This document shows positions 26,849 through 37,112 of a stretch of 64,000 nucleotides of DNA, one piece after another; position 1 is the first letter of the stretch, and each line of letters starts with the position of its first letter. The stretch covers positions 4,032,001 to 4,096,000 of the forward strand of contig OZ257142.1 in the NCBI GenBank assembly GCA_965279035.1. Direction: 5' to 3'. This DNA is from Bacteroidia bacterium (GTDB lineage: Bacteria; Bacteroidota; Bacteroidia; M30B66). The notes beneath the pieces are model-generated. The model was given only the letters and a program-made list of their open reading frames with translations, searched no databases and had not been told where the DNA came from. The position numbers and the translations under genes are program-made.

Positions 26849-28671
26849 TGTGTGATGAATATTTTGGCAGCACCCTTTCCTGATGCGCTTTGAATTCGCA
26901 ACAAATACATTCCTTGGGGAATTTCTGTAACTGAGATCGTTTGCATTCCTTGTTGCAAATGTTGAATACGAATTAATCTACCAGCTAAATCATAAATTTC
27001 AAGCATTCCTTCTTCTTTAAGTTTAATTGAGATTTGATCATTCACTGGGTTTGGATATAGCTTAAAAGGAATTTGTTCTAATACTTCAAAACCAGAAGGA
27101 ATAAATTGAATTGTATCTGAAAATAAATAGCAGCCATTTGTGTAATCAATATAAACAGCATAGCTGCCTGCTTCTGTTAATGTTAATTGTGGTTGAATTA
27201 CCTGTTGAAATAAAGAATCTATCACCCAATAACCTATGTACATTCCTTCGGGCACATCAAAACTGAGAGTGGAAGTTAGTGTATCAAAATGCAAAATAAT
27301 TGGATCTGGTTGTGGAAATGTATTCACTACAAATTCGACCGAATCAGCTGAACCACATTGGTCAGATACATAAATGCGATAAAGTGTTGTATCAACTGGA
27401 CTAACCGAAATGCCAGAATACGTGCTTTCATTATTTAACCAGGCGTATGTAAATGGTGGAATACCTTGTATAACTTCTACATACAAATTAATTGGCCCTT
27501 GTCCCGAACAAATAGCATGAACTGAACTTGAAGCTAATTCTAAAATTGGTTGATCATCTAGTTGAAATTCAGAAACGATTTCACCACAAAAAGAAGGATA
27601 TGTAAAAATGAGTGTTTCAATCCCTTCTGTTTGGTTGTCTTGATAAATACTTAGTGATAAGTTCGTCGAATCTTGTCCAGACGGAATTATCAATGAATCG
27701 GGTAAAAAAGTATAATCTATTCCATTGCTAGCAGAACCACTTATTGAATAATGAAAAATATATTCTCCTATTACAGAATCGGGTTTTGAAAATGTTAGAT
27801 CTAAGGTAGTGCAATCTTCGTATGCTGAAGGCGTATGCAAATCAAGACGAGAGACGATTATAGGCCCTTGAGAAGGTTGACTCTGAGCCGCAAGAAAAAC
27901 GGCAGAATCATAACCGCTATCACAACCATCTGCAATCATGATTCTAAGTGTGTAGGTTTGACAAGGAATCACCGCTTTTTTAGCAACTAAAACAATTGTT
28001 GAACCGTCATAAACAATATTTGTAGGAGGATTTGAATTAAAATACTGAGCATTTGTTAGAATACATTGATCATTTATAGTACTACCATAAATACCTGTAG
28101 AACCATTATTGATCGTACTGATTGTAATCGGATCGTTTGTTCCTGGAACTACTGCTATATTTTGTTCGCCACTAATACCTGGTCCAGAAATAATAATTGC
28201 TAAAGCATCATTAGTCGAGGAACATACGAAATCGTTGTATTCTTCTGATTCATAAATGAATTTAAGTGAAATACTATCGTTTTGCGGAATGAAATCGAAT
28301 TGTAATATAATTCCATCATACGTATTTCCATAAACACTACAATTTGGAACATAGGCTGCTAATTCGGGTATATCAACTAAGCCTTGATTAATAAATTCGC
28401 TTGCAAAACCAACTATTGTATCATCTGAAACCGCTGCTTTTCCGGTACTAAGAATTAATCCACTGTTTATTCCTAATTGCCCACTTGAGTCTGTAAAATA
28501 CCCAATTGCTTGCCTATCGCCTAATAGTTGAGCATTACTAAATGCGATTCCCGGACCTAATAATTTTTCTACATATTGATTTACTGTTAGGCTTGTATCC
28601 ACCGTATACTGTGCGTTTACTAGCGTTGGATTAGTTAAAATAACAAATAATAATAGGATAAGCCTTTTCAT
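26845..28671 (-). CDS. Choice-of-anchor L / Calx-beta-like protein with T9SS type-A CTD
   Basis: N-terminal region paralogous to 3715-7362 (QYTVDTSLT..GLILSTG..LQFDF..ESEEY..ADGCDSGYDSAVFL); LYPNPVND..GMYLL CTD. Confidence 0.87.
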   Translation of the reverse strand: MKRLILLLFVILTNPTLVNAQYTVDTSLTVNQYVEKLLGPGIAFSNAQLLGDRQAIGYFTDSSGQLGINSGLILSTGKAAVSDDTIVGFASEFINQGLVDIPELAAYVPNCSVYGNTYDGIILQFDFIPQNDSISLKFIYESEEYNDFVCSSTNDALAIIISGPGISGEQNIAVVPGTNDPITISTINNGSTGIYGSTINDQCILTNAQYFNSNPPTNIVYDGSTIVLVAKKAVIPCQTYTLRIMIADGCDSGYDSAVFLAAQSQPSQGPIIVSRLDLHTPSAYEDCTTLDLTFSKPDSVIGEYIFHYSISGSASNGIDYTFLPDSLIIPSGQDSTNLSLSIYQDNQTEGIETLIFTYPSFCGEIVSEFQLDDQPILELASSSVHAICSGQGPINLYVEVIQGIPPFTYAWLNNESTYSGISVSPVDTTLYRIYVSDQCGSADSVEFVVNTFPQPDPIILHFDTLTSTLSFDVPEGMYIGYWVIDSLFQQVIQPQLTLTEAGSYAVYIDYTNGCYLFSDTIQFIPSGFEVLEQIPFKLYPNPVNDQISIKLKEEGMLEIYDLAGRLIRIQHLQQGMQTISVTEIPQGMYLLRIQSASGKGAAKIFITH

Positions 28672-28682
28672 ATTTTAATGAA

Positions 28683-31592
28683 TTAATTATGCTCTACAAT
28701 TACCTTTGCTATTAGCAAACCCGAATTTGATCGGAACTGAAAAAGATAAATTCCCTCAGCTAAATCATCAACATAAATAAAGTGAATTCCTGATTGTACT
28801 ATCTTTTCTTTAATCAATTTCCCAGCTAAATCGAACACATTTAAAACACCTGATTCTGGAACTGAAACTTGAATGAAATCGCTTGCTGGGTTGGGCTGTA
28901 ATGCTAATCTAGCAATGGATAATTCAGGGATTCCAGTTGGATCAAAAAAGTAATTTTGAGAAGATTTCGAACAACCAAACTCATTGGTCACAACGACTTT
29001 ATAATACCCTGGAAATTGAAGTTTGAGTGTATCGAATGTTTGTCCAGGAATTAGTTCATCACCAAAAAACCCATCACTAAAAAACCATTGATAATTTCCA
29101 CTTGCTTGAAATGCATGTAAAGAATTAGACAATGGATCAAAAAATAAAGTTGGAATTACTGGAGAAGGATTAACGATTACTGCTTCTTCAATAGATGTAT
29201 TAATGCAACCTGAAATATTAATACTGCAGCTATAATTTCCTTGATCCTGAATTGATATTGGTATAAATTCCAAGGAAGAACTAGTGTTATAGAAATTGCC
29301 AGATTGATACCAAGTATATTCAGCTCCCGGATACTGTGTCACATCCAAAACCAACGTATCCCCAGCACATGCAAGTACATTTCCAATTATCGTAACATCA
29401 TCAGGAAATTGATGAATAAAAACATTTACAGAAGCTATACTGTGACAGCTATCCACTGGATTAAAAACGTCCAAATGATACACTCCGCTCATGGATAATT
29501 GAGCATCCTGCAAAATCGGATTTTGTTCGGTAGATGTAAACCCATTTGGGCCCGTCCAAGAATATTCTGCACTGATTATTTCAGAAGCTTGCAATTGAAA
29601 TGGATGCCCTGTGCAAGTAACTGAATCGATCAAGGATGCAGAAACAGCGCAAGAATTACATGCTAAAGGAGCAGTATATTCAAAGGAATTCGAGCAATAA
29701 GGTTGATCCGAGAAAGACACTACAATGGTATGTTGTTGTCCATCGGAAGCAAGTTGATTAAAACTAAAATTTAATGAATCAGGAAATGGAGCTTCGAAAT
29801 TCAAGATTCCTCCTGAAGAATTGATAATTTCCACATTTCCAGATAGGGGCGGATGAGGTATATAAAGTGTGCTATTTATTGAAAATGAATTGTTGGTGGA
29901 ATCGCATTCAGAAACGAATGTATTTACCGTGTGATCACAGATTGAACTACAATCCGTTGTACCGGTGCCCCCGTTTTGTTGAATGTTTATTAATGTAGCT
30001 TGATTGGAGAAATTTGAAATGAGGAGCATATAATACTCTCCCGATTGAGCATTGGAAAGATTACAATTTTCAGTTGCAGAACCTGAATAGCTGCAATCAA
30101 TTACGTTAGTAGCATCTGCTGCCCAAACAGGATCTAATACAAAAGAACAAACTCCACTATCCCATTGCGTTTGACTAAAAGGTCCCCAGCAAATATAATC
30201 TACATCAAAACCAGAATTGATTTGTAAGTCAATTGGTCCTGTATTCTGAACCTTTATAAAATACCAAGCTGGATTTGGAGTAGAACCTAGGCAACTAATA
30301 CCTCCCCCAAATTCTGATTGTGTTCCTGTTGATGCTGAAAAGGTAATTCCCCCAGCTACATCTGTACAAAATGGTAGAGCTTCATCGCAAAATCCAGTAG
30401 GTAAAATTAATGGATCATGACAAGTTCCGCATGATAATGTAGCTGAAAATCCAGAGGACGTAACAGATCCATTTGTAGTAAATACTAAAGTTAAACATCC
30501 TCCTGAATTAGTGGAACTAGCAACAGGAAGAGGAACTGAAGTTCCTGAAAAAACACCTAATAAATCAGCCCCAGTATTGGGTCCATCGTATACTGAAAGT
30601 CGATCGAATGTTGCTTCCGTATTGAAACTTGAAAAATTGAGTGAAACACATTGCCCAGGAGTTCCCGAACAAATTGTTTGTGTAACGCTTTGATTATTAT
30701 CATAATTACCTAAAACTCCAGGATCAACAAAAGTTCCACCACACGTGGTGATTGTATCTCCTCCAACACCAAGTATTATATTAGGAGTTTGACAAACTCC
30801 ACAGGCAACATTCGCTTGAAATCCGGTATGAGTATCAGATCCATTTGAAGTAAATTGAAGAGTCATGCAACCTCCAGAATTTGTAGAAGTAGATAACGGA
30901 GCTGGAATTGTTGTACCTGAAAACACTCCTATTAAACCAGAGCTTGTATTTGGTCCATCATAAATTGTTAGAAGATCTGCGTCAGCTTCCGTATTGAAAC
31001 TAGTAAACGTAAGAGAAACACATTGTCCAACTACATCCGAACAAAATGTTTGAGTGATGTCCTCATTGTTTGAATAATTACCAGGACCACCTGCATCCAT
31101 TAAAATTCCACTGCATCCAGATATCATTGATCCGCCTTGACCCAACGTTATGGCTATTGGACATGATATGCATGAAATGTTAGCATTGAAACCTGTGTAA
31201 GTTACAGAACCATCTGAAACAAATGAAAGAGTAATACAACCACCAGAAGCACCTGTTGATGTTACAACGCCCGGACTAGTTGTTCCTGCATAAGTACCTA
31301 GAACCGCAGCTAAGGTGCTATTCCCATCATAAATTACTAAAGGATCACAGCATGATTCGGTTTCAAATGCACCAAATGATAATTGAATACATTGCCCATT
31401 CCCTGAACAAATGGTTTGTGTTACATTCAATCCATTAGCATATGAACCATAACCACCAGGATTTTCAATGGTGCCACCACAATCTGTAATTGTAGTTCCT
31501 GTTGCTCCCATGATATAGGTTTGGCCATAGGTTGTAAAGGATAAAAACAGAAAAAAAACTCCAATTAAATAAACAGATAAATGTTTCTGCAT
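28683..31592 (-). CDS. Triple-CUB-domain protein with T9SS type-A CTD
   Basis: N-terminal ~550 aa nearly identical to 16622-20830; C-terminal QPNPASD..GIYLF CTD. Confidence 0.88.
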   Translation of the reverse strand: MQKHLSVYLIGVFFLFLSFTTYGQTYIMGATGTTITDCGGTIENPGGYGSYANGLNVTQTICSGNGQCIQLSFGAFETESCCDPLVIYDGNSTLAAVLGTYAGTTSPGVVTSTGASGGCITLSFVSDGSVTYTGFNANISCISCPIAITLGQGGSMISGCSGILMDAGGPGNYSNNEDITQTFCSDVVGQCVSLTFTSFNTEADADLLTIYDGPNTSSGLIGVFSGTTIPAPLSTSTNSGGCMTLQFTSNGSDTHTGFQANVACGVCQTPNIILGVGGDTITTCGGTFVDPGVLGNYDNNQSVTQTICSGTPGQCVSLNFSSFNTEATFDRLSVYDGPNTGADLLGVFSGTSVPLPVASSTNSGGCLTLVFTTNGSVTSSGFSATLSCGTCHDPLILPTGFCDEALPFCTDVAGGITFSASTGTQSEFGGGISCLGSTPNPAWYFIKVQNTGPIDLQINSGFDVDYICWGPFSQTQWDSGVCSFVLDPVWAADATNVIDCSYSGSATENCNLSNAQSGEYYMLLISNFSNQATLINIQQNGGTGTTDCSSICDHTVNTFVSECDSTNNSFSINSTLYIPHPPLSGNVEIINSSGGILNFEAPFPDSLNFSFNQLASDGQQHTIVVSFSDQPYCSNSFEYTAPLACNSCAVSASLIDSVTCTGHPFQLQASEIISAEYSWTGPNGFTSTEQNPILQDAQLSMSGVYHLDVFNPVDSCHSIASVNVFIHQFPDDVTIIGNVLACAGDTLVLDVTQYPGAEYTWYQSGNFYNTSSSLEFIPISIQDQGNYSCSINISGCINTSIEEAVIVNPSPVIPTLFFDPLSNSLHAFQASGNYQWFFSDGFFGDELIPGQTFDTLKLQFPGYYKVVVTNEFGCSKSSQNYFFDPTGIPELSIARLALQPNPASDFIQVSVPESGVLNVFDLAGKLIKEKIVQSGIHFIYVDDLAEGIYLFQFRSNSGLLIAKVIVEHN

Positions 31593-31776
31593 AAAGTATA
31601 TATTTTATAAAACACCATTTTCAAAAGAATAAATCTAACTAATAAATAATCAGCTATGCCTATCCTACACAATACTAATAAAATCAATAAGGCAATTCAG
31701 CGACAGTTTATACGATTTGTCGCAAAATAATCAACTAGCTATCACAATAGTTAAAATCAAAAATGAGGGAGCAATG

Positions 31777-33516
31777 CTATAAACCCGTTAATTGCAAACG
31801 GGCAGTCCAGACTGATTTATTCGAATAAAACTTAAGCAAATAAATACCCGCTGCACGTTGTTCACTGCTTAAAATATGCTTGCCTTTTTGCAATTTGAAC
31901 GAACCCTTTAGCGAGCCCGCAGCATTCCAAATTTCAAGTGTTCCATCATCAGGTAACTCAACAAAAAATTCGCTTGTTGCTGGATTAGGACCAATATCTA
32001 ATGCTAATGTTTTTACACTAGAAATGCCTGTTGGATCATACACGTAAGGAAGTGATGTATTGGAACATCCATTCGCATACGTGCAAGTGAGCGTATATGA
32101 ACCACCTATTTCTCCCAAATTATAAATTTGATTTGTCGCGCCAGCAATGGGATTGCCATCCAAATTCCAAACATAAGAAACCGCATTGGCATTGGTTCCT
32201 AGACTATTGCTGACTGAGAAAAAGTTGATATTCGGAACAGGTGCAATTCCAAATGTGTAATCCAAAGGCAAACTCGTTTCACTATAATTGGGACAGGTAG
32301 CAGTATAAGCTGTAACTGTGTATGTTCCATTGGCTGTGACGGTATACGAACTTCCAGATTGACCTTCGATCAAAGATCCATTCTTAAACCAAGAAATGGA
32401 ATTCGTAAATGGACTACCAACTGTTAAAATAACCATATCGCCTTCGCACAATGTTTCTCCATTTGGAAATTCCGAAATCACGAAAATGGGTAAGAAAACC
32501 CAACCATCCACCAAAACCGAAGGAGACATTTCGGCACAACCATTTACAGTTGTTTCAACGCTGTATTGCGCGCCGGCTGCAGAAAATGCATCAACTACTA
32601 AAAAAGAATCGGTCGCGCCGCTTAATGCTACACCTTCGCGATACCATTGATACGAATCGGCCGCTTGAGTAAAAAGTGTATCTGAACTATTCGGACAAAG
32701 CACCAAATCTCCAGGAATTACAATAGGATCTTGCGTGCATTCCTGAACAAATGCGGTGTAATCATAAGGTGCAGAAAAACGAGAACAGGCTGTAGAAAAA
32801 ATAGCTTCAACAGTAATTTGTCCATTCGCTTGAGGCAAATAACTCGAACCTGTTGCATTCGCAATGGGATTTCCATCTAAAAACCATTGATACGAACCGG
32901 CTGTTGTGCTAGTACTTAAAACCAATGTTCCAGTATTAAACTGTATAACGGGAGTTTGAGAAGCAGTAAAATTAAATACTGTAGCTGCACTCGTTTGACT
33001 AAACAAAGGACATTGATCCGTATAAGCAATCACTGTGTATGAACCCGATTGACTTAATGAAAGTGTGTCGTTGGTTTGTCCGCTAAGTTGAACTCCATTC
33101 CGAAACCAGCGAATATTCACGTTATACGGATCATTTACGATTAACTGACGTGGTTCTCCTTCACAACCTGTAAGAGGAAGATTTTCACCAACCGATAAAG
33201 CAATTGATGGAGCGTTATACAAACTAACACTTGCGCTTGGAGATGCTTCGGTGCAGCCATTAATTGTAGAAGCAACAATGAAACTCTGACCTGCATCCGT
33301 TGCCGAATTAACAACCAAATAGGGATGGTTCGAATTAGCAACCGGATTTCCTCCACGATACCATTGATACGATGTTGCCGGCTCGGTCCATAAGGTGTCG
33401 GAGCTATTCGGACAAAGTTGCAAACTTGAAGGCGTAATGGTTGGATTAAATGGACATTGCCCTATCAATGCGGCCAAAAAACCCAAGTTGAAAAGCCAAA
33501 AAAGAAGCGTTTTCAT
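31777..33516 (-). CDS. Ig-like repeat protein with T9SS type-A CTD
   Basis: Internal duplication (LCPNSSDTL.T....YQWYR..YT..CP..S.TS, twice); GPNPATS..GIYLL CTD. Confidence 0.83.
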   Translation of the reverse strand: MKTLLFWLFNLGFLAALIGQCPFNPTITPSSLQLCPNSSDTLWTEPATSYQWYRGGNPVANSNHPYLVVNSATDAGQSFIVASTINGCTEASPSASVSLYNAPSIALSVGENLPLTGCEGEPRQLIVNDPYNVNIRWFRNGVQLSGQTNDTLSLSQSGSYTVIAYTDQCPLFSQTSAATVFNFTASQTPVIQFNTGTLVLSTSTTAGSYQWFLDGNPIANATGSSYLPQANGQITVEAIFSTACSRFSAPYDYTAFVQECTQDPIVIPGDLVLCPNSSDTLFTQAADSYQWYREGVALSGATDSFLVVDAFSAAGAQYSVETTVNGCAEMSPSVLVDGWVFLPIFVISEFPNGETLCEGDMVILTVGSPFTNSISWFKNGSLIEGQSGSSYTVTANGTYTVTAYTATCPNYSETSLPLDYTFGIAPVPNINFFSVSNSLGTNANAVSYVWNLDGNPIAGATNQIYNLGEIGGSYTLTCTYANGCSNTSLPYVYDPTGISSVKTLALDIGPNPATSEFFVELPDDGTLEIWNAAGSLKGSFKLQKGKHILSSEQRAAGIYLLKFYSNKSVWTARLQLTGL

Positions 33517-33589
33517 GGCGATAGATTTTGTAAAAATGGTTGAAGAGGTGAAGTTACTAAATATTAGCAGCTTTCATCTTCAAATGAAA

Positions 33590-34369
33590 TCAATCTTCAT
33601 TCTGACCAATTCGTTGACGAACTACCTCATAAACCACGAGTGCAGTTGCCACTGAAACATTGAGTGAACCTGTTTTTCCAAACATGGGAATCTTTACTCG
33701 TTCATCACAACGTTTGAGGTATTCAGGGCTGATTCCATCTTCTTCTGACCCCATAATAATTCCCAATGGCCCTTCGAGTTTGGTTGCGTAAAGTGGACTT
33801 TCGGTTTTCTCTGTACATCCAACCAAACGAATACCTGAATTTTTGAGGTAGTCGAGCGTGTCTTTTAAGTTAGTAGAACGACAAACAGGTAAATTCATCA
33901 ACGCGCCAGCAGAGGTTTTCATTGCATCTCCACCCACACGCGCACTTCCGCGAGAAGGAATGATTACGGCATCAATTCCAGCACATTCGGCAGTTCGACA
34001 AATTGCACCAAAATTTCGCACATCGGTTACCCGATCGAGAATGAGTAAAAATGGATCACGCCCAGACTCATAAACGCGTTGAAGTACTTCTTCGATGGGC
34101 TGAAACGTAACAGGAGAAATAAATCCAATCACACCTTGATGATTAGCGCGTGTCATGCGATCGAGCTTTTCGCGTGGCACCAACTGAAGCGGAATTTCCA
34201 ACTCATCCAACAATTCACGTAACTCATGCAATTGAGGAGAACGTAATCCCGTTTGCATGATCACTTTATCGACATCGGCCGAACTTCGGAGCGCCTCCAA
34301 CACGGGAAACATTCCGAAAATCATTTCCGAAGAGTCTTGTGCAGGCTTATGGTGAAAAGGTTTATTCAT
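33590..34369 (-). CDS. rlmB: 23S rRNA (guanosine-2251-2'-O)-methyltransferase
   Basis: NHQGV, LDRVTDVRNFGAICRTA, KTSAGA, MGSEEDG, SLNVSVA. Start MNKPF at 34369 overlaps the upstream stop (ORF track 34471). Confidence 0.93.
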   Translation of the reverse strand: MNKPFHHKPAQDSSEMIFGMFPVLEALRSSADVDKVIMQTGLRSPQLHELRELLDELEIPLQLVPREKLDRMTRANHQGVIGFISPVTFQPIEEVLQRVYESGRDPFLLILDRVTDVRNFGAICRTAECAGIDAVIIPSRGSARVGGDAMKTSAGALMNLPVCRSTNLKDTLDYLKNSGIRLVGCTEKTESPLYATKLEGPLGIIMGSEEDGISPEYLKRCDERVKIPMFGKTGSLNVSVATALVVYEVVRQRIGQNED

Positions 34370-35597
34370 AGCTAAATGCATTTCCATTCCTCCAGCTTTC
34401 AACAGCTTTATACCAAACTGTGGCATAACTAGCTCTTCGTTCAAGACGGTAATCATCTTGTGAAAAAGCATTGCTACTGCGTTCGAACCGAAAATTGAGT
34501 GGAACTAAACTCGATTGAGGTGTGTAATTCCATTCTTCTGCTCGACCATTGTTAAATACGCTAGAAGGAGGGCCAAAGATCGTATAAATCATCCCCCGGT
34601 CGGTTCTCCAACCTGAAGTATACGTTGTGAAAAGAAAGTTTGCTTGTCGAATTCGCTCCAGCCAAGCTTTTTCAACTGCTTCTGAATGAACCCGATCGTG
34701 ACCAAGAAGCTTCCACAAATGAAAATCTTCTACGCCTGAATTTTGCTTGATTTCCTCTTTTTGCATCAAATACACCAAGCTTCTAAATCGCTCCGCATCA
34801 CTACTCAAACTAGGAAAGTTCTTTCCAACTACGATCAGTCCAATGCCCGATTGCGGATACTTTTCACTGCATATTTTCAAAAATTCAAGCTTTTCAAACC
34901 GGAATTCGAGCAAATCATCTTTGCTAATTTTTTCTTTCAAAAAGGGAGAAGGAAAAGGTTTCTGCTCACTCGAAACAGCAAATGGTGGTGCTGGCAAAGG
35001 AAATTCTGCTGAATAATGTTCTATAATAAATTGATCTTCTGATGAATTTATGTAGCTAATAGAACACGGAACGCCCTGTTTCAACCAAGGATGTATGCTT
35101 GGATTTCCCTTTTCTATCACATGAAAATCAAGTGCTGAACCAACTTCTAATCGACTCAAATTTTGATACAGAATATGGGAACGATTCTTCTGTAAATCGC
35201 GAACATCAATGACCAAAAGTCCTTCTGTGCCTTGCATCATAGGCAAATGCAACTCTGCTCCTAAAAACGTTGATGTATCTGCAATGCCCGATTCTAAAAC
35301 CAGTGGGGGACTCCAAACGGGCTTTTTCTTTTTAAATTCTGGATAAAATGTAGCACGAATGAGTAAACGCCGGCGTGGCTCAAGTCCAGCAGCATCGGGC
35401 ATCAAACCCAATTCGGAACTTAAAAAGCGTAAGCGGATGGCAACACTATCTTGCGAAAAAGACCAGTATTGCATTTCCATTGCTGGACTTGGTAATGGAA
35501 ATCGGTAGTTGACATACCGGTTTTGAACAAACGGATTTTTTAGTACTGAACAGCCTGTCAGGATTACCAATAGTAAAATGCTACTCTTCTTCCCCAT
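34362..35597 (-). CDS. GWxTD domain-containing lipoprotein
   Basis: Lipobox LTGC after MGKK; AN..F...SGWRTDRGMIYTIFGPP..EEWNY motif. Confidence 0.85.
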   Translation of the reverse strand: MGKKSSILLLVILTGCSVLKNPFVQNRYVNYRFPLPSPAMEMQYWSFSQDSVAIRLRFLSSELGLMPDAAGLEPRRRLLIRATFYPEFKKKKPVWSPPLVLESGIADTSTFLGAELHLPMMQGTEGLLVIDVRDLQKNRSHILYQNLSRLEVGSALDFHVIEKGNPSIHPWLKQGVPCSISYINSSEDQFIIEHYSAEFPLPAPPFAVSSEQKPFPSPFLKEKISKDDLLEFRFEKLEFLKICSEKYPQSGIGLIVVGKNFPSLSSDAERFRSLVYLMQKEEIKQNSGVEDFHLWKLLGHDRVHSEAVEKAWLERIRQANFLFTTYTSGWRTDRGMIYTIFGPPSSVFNNGRAEEWNYTPQSSLVPLNFRFERSSNAFSQDDYRLERRASYATVWYKAVESWRNGNAFSYE

Positions 35598-36918
35598 CCG
35601 GATCAGCACGATTAAGCAATGCACTTGGTAAACCCTTCGATGAACGTGCTCCCAATTTCTTCAATTTCTCGACGCGCGTAATTAGATTACCACTTCCATC
35701 AGTGAGTTTCTTCATCGACTCTTCATAGGTCTTTTTCGCCGTGTCCATTTGATTTCCCAGTTTGATCAAATCTTCACTAAATGCGACAAACTTGTCGTAT
35801 AATTTACCACCCTGATCGGCAATTTCCTGTGCATTCTGATTTTGGTATTCTTGTCGCCAAATACTAGCAATGGTGCGCAACGTAGCTAACAAAGTTGTTG
35901 GGCTCACAACGACAATGTTTTTGTCGAATGCTTCATTAAATAATGCGGGATCTAATTGCACTGCTGCAGCAAATGCGGGTTCAATAGGCACAAAAAGCAA
36001 AACAAAATCGAGACTTTTCAAGGAATGCAATTGTTGGTAGTTCTTTTCCGACAAGCCTTTAATATGTGCCCGAAGCGAAGCCAAATGCTCTTTCTCGGCA
36101 ATGTGTCGCTGAGTTTCCTCTTCGGCACTCACCATTTTCTCGTAACCAACCAAAGAAACTTTCGAATCAATTACGATCGATTTTCCTTCAGGCAAACGGA
36201 TAATCACATCGGGCTGAAAGCGTCGTCCTTCCTCATCATTATGACTTTCTTGCACCACATATTCCCGTCCTTTCGTTAGACCAGACTTTTCTAAAACCGA
36301 TTCCAAAATAAACTCACCCCAATTTCCTTGGGTTTTGGTTTCGCCTTTCAGCGCTTTGGTGAGGTTTATCGCGTCTTTACTCATTTGCTGGTTAAGTTCT
36401 TTCAAACTTCCAATCTGCTCGCGCAATGCTGAAAAATCTTGTAAGGAAGCTTTATGCGTGGTATCGACCGTCTTTTCGAATTCGGCAATTTTTTCTTTGA
36501 GCGGTTTCAAGATGAGATCGATATTTTCTTTGTTGGTTTCTGTAAAACGTTTGGATTTGTCTTCGAGCAACTCGTTGGCAATGTTGCGAAACTCCAAGTT
36601 GAAGCGTTCGCGTAATTGCTCCACCTCTTGCTTTTGCTCGTCCATTCGTTCTTTTAACGAATCGTGACTACTTTTCCATTGCACCGCTTGAGCACTCGAT
36701 TGCATGAATTGCTCTCGTATAGAATCAGCATCTTTTCGAATGCGGAGCAATTCTTCCTCTTTACTAATCAATAGCTGTTGTGCCGATGCTAAATCCGATT
36801 GTGTTTTAATAGACTCTTGCAAATTAGTCTGCTGACTTTGAGCTAATTGCGACTTCGCCCACAGAAAAACAATCAAAGATCCTACAGCCAAGCCAGCAAG
36901 TAAAAAAACAACCTCCAT
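35581..36918 (-). CDS. rmuC: DNA recombination protein RmuC
   Basis: N-terminal TM plus coiled coil; QGNWGE, PDVIIRLP, IDSKVSL, DFVLLFVPIE, VVSPTTL. Confidence 0.95.
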   Translation of the reverse strand: MEVVFLLAGLAVGSLIVFLWAKSQLAQSQQTNLQESIKTQSDLASAQQLLISKEEELLRIRKDADSIREQFMQSSAQAVQWKSSHDSLKERMDEQKQEVEQLRERFNLEFRNIANELLEDKSKRFTETNKENIDLILKPLKEKIAEFEKTVDTTHKASLQDFSALREQIGSLKELNQQMSKDAINLTKALKGETKTQGNWGEFILESVLEKSGLTKGREYVVQESHNDEEGRRFQPDVIIRLPEGKSIVIDSKVSLVGYEKMVSAEEETQRHIAEKEHLASLRAHIKGLSEKNYQQLHSLKSLDFVLLFVPIEPAFAAAVQLDPALFNEAFDKNIVVVSPTTLLATLRTIASIWRQEYQNQNAQEIADQGGKLYDKFVAFSEDLIKLGNQMDTAKKTYEESMKKLTDGSGNLITRVEKLKKLGARSSKGLPSALLNRADPDGEEE

Positions 36919-36995
36919 GTGGAATATTAAGTAGCTGCAAATTACACGATTCTATTACCGGAATTCTAGATTTATCAATTTAAGTATTGGTGTTT

Positions 36996-37112
36996 TTGGG
37001 CGTGTCCTTCGGTAGCGTTTTTCGTTACATTCCGATAATTATCGGAACCTCGTTTATGCCTTCGCTAAGGCGATGGCATAAACTCCGGGCTTTCCACTAC
37101 AACCGCTCACGC
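36996..37112 (+). repeat. Structured intergenic repeat / candidate ncRNA, copy 2
   Basis: TTGGGCGTG...CGCTCACGC termini; 18-bp palindrome TTCCGATAATTATCGGAA (37030-37047); GCCTTCGCTAAGGCGATGGC hairpin. Confidence 0.7.

Noticed and set aside
19190-31525. Diversity-generating retroelement (TR/VR pair) to explain the duplicated CUB DNA
   Set aside because: The repeat is ~1.5 kb and coding in both copies, differences are largely synonymous and not adenine-specific, and there is no reverse transcriptase in the window
31700-31723. GCGACA...TGTCGC hairpin as terminator
   Set aside because: Short stem with no U-tract in the direction of transcription
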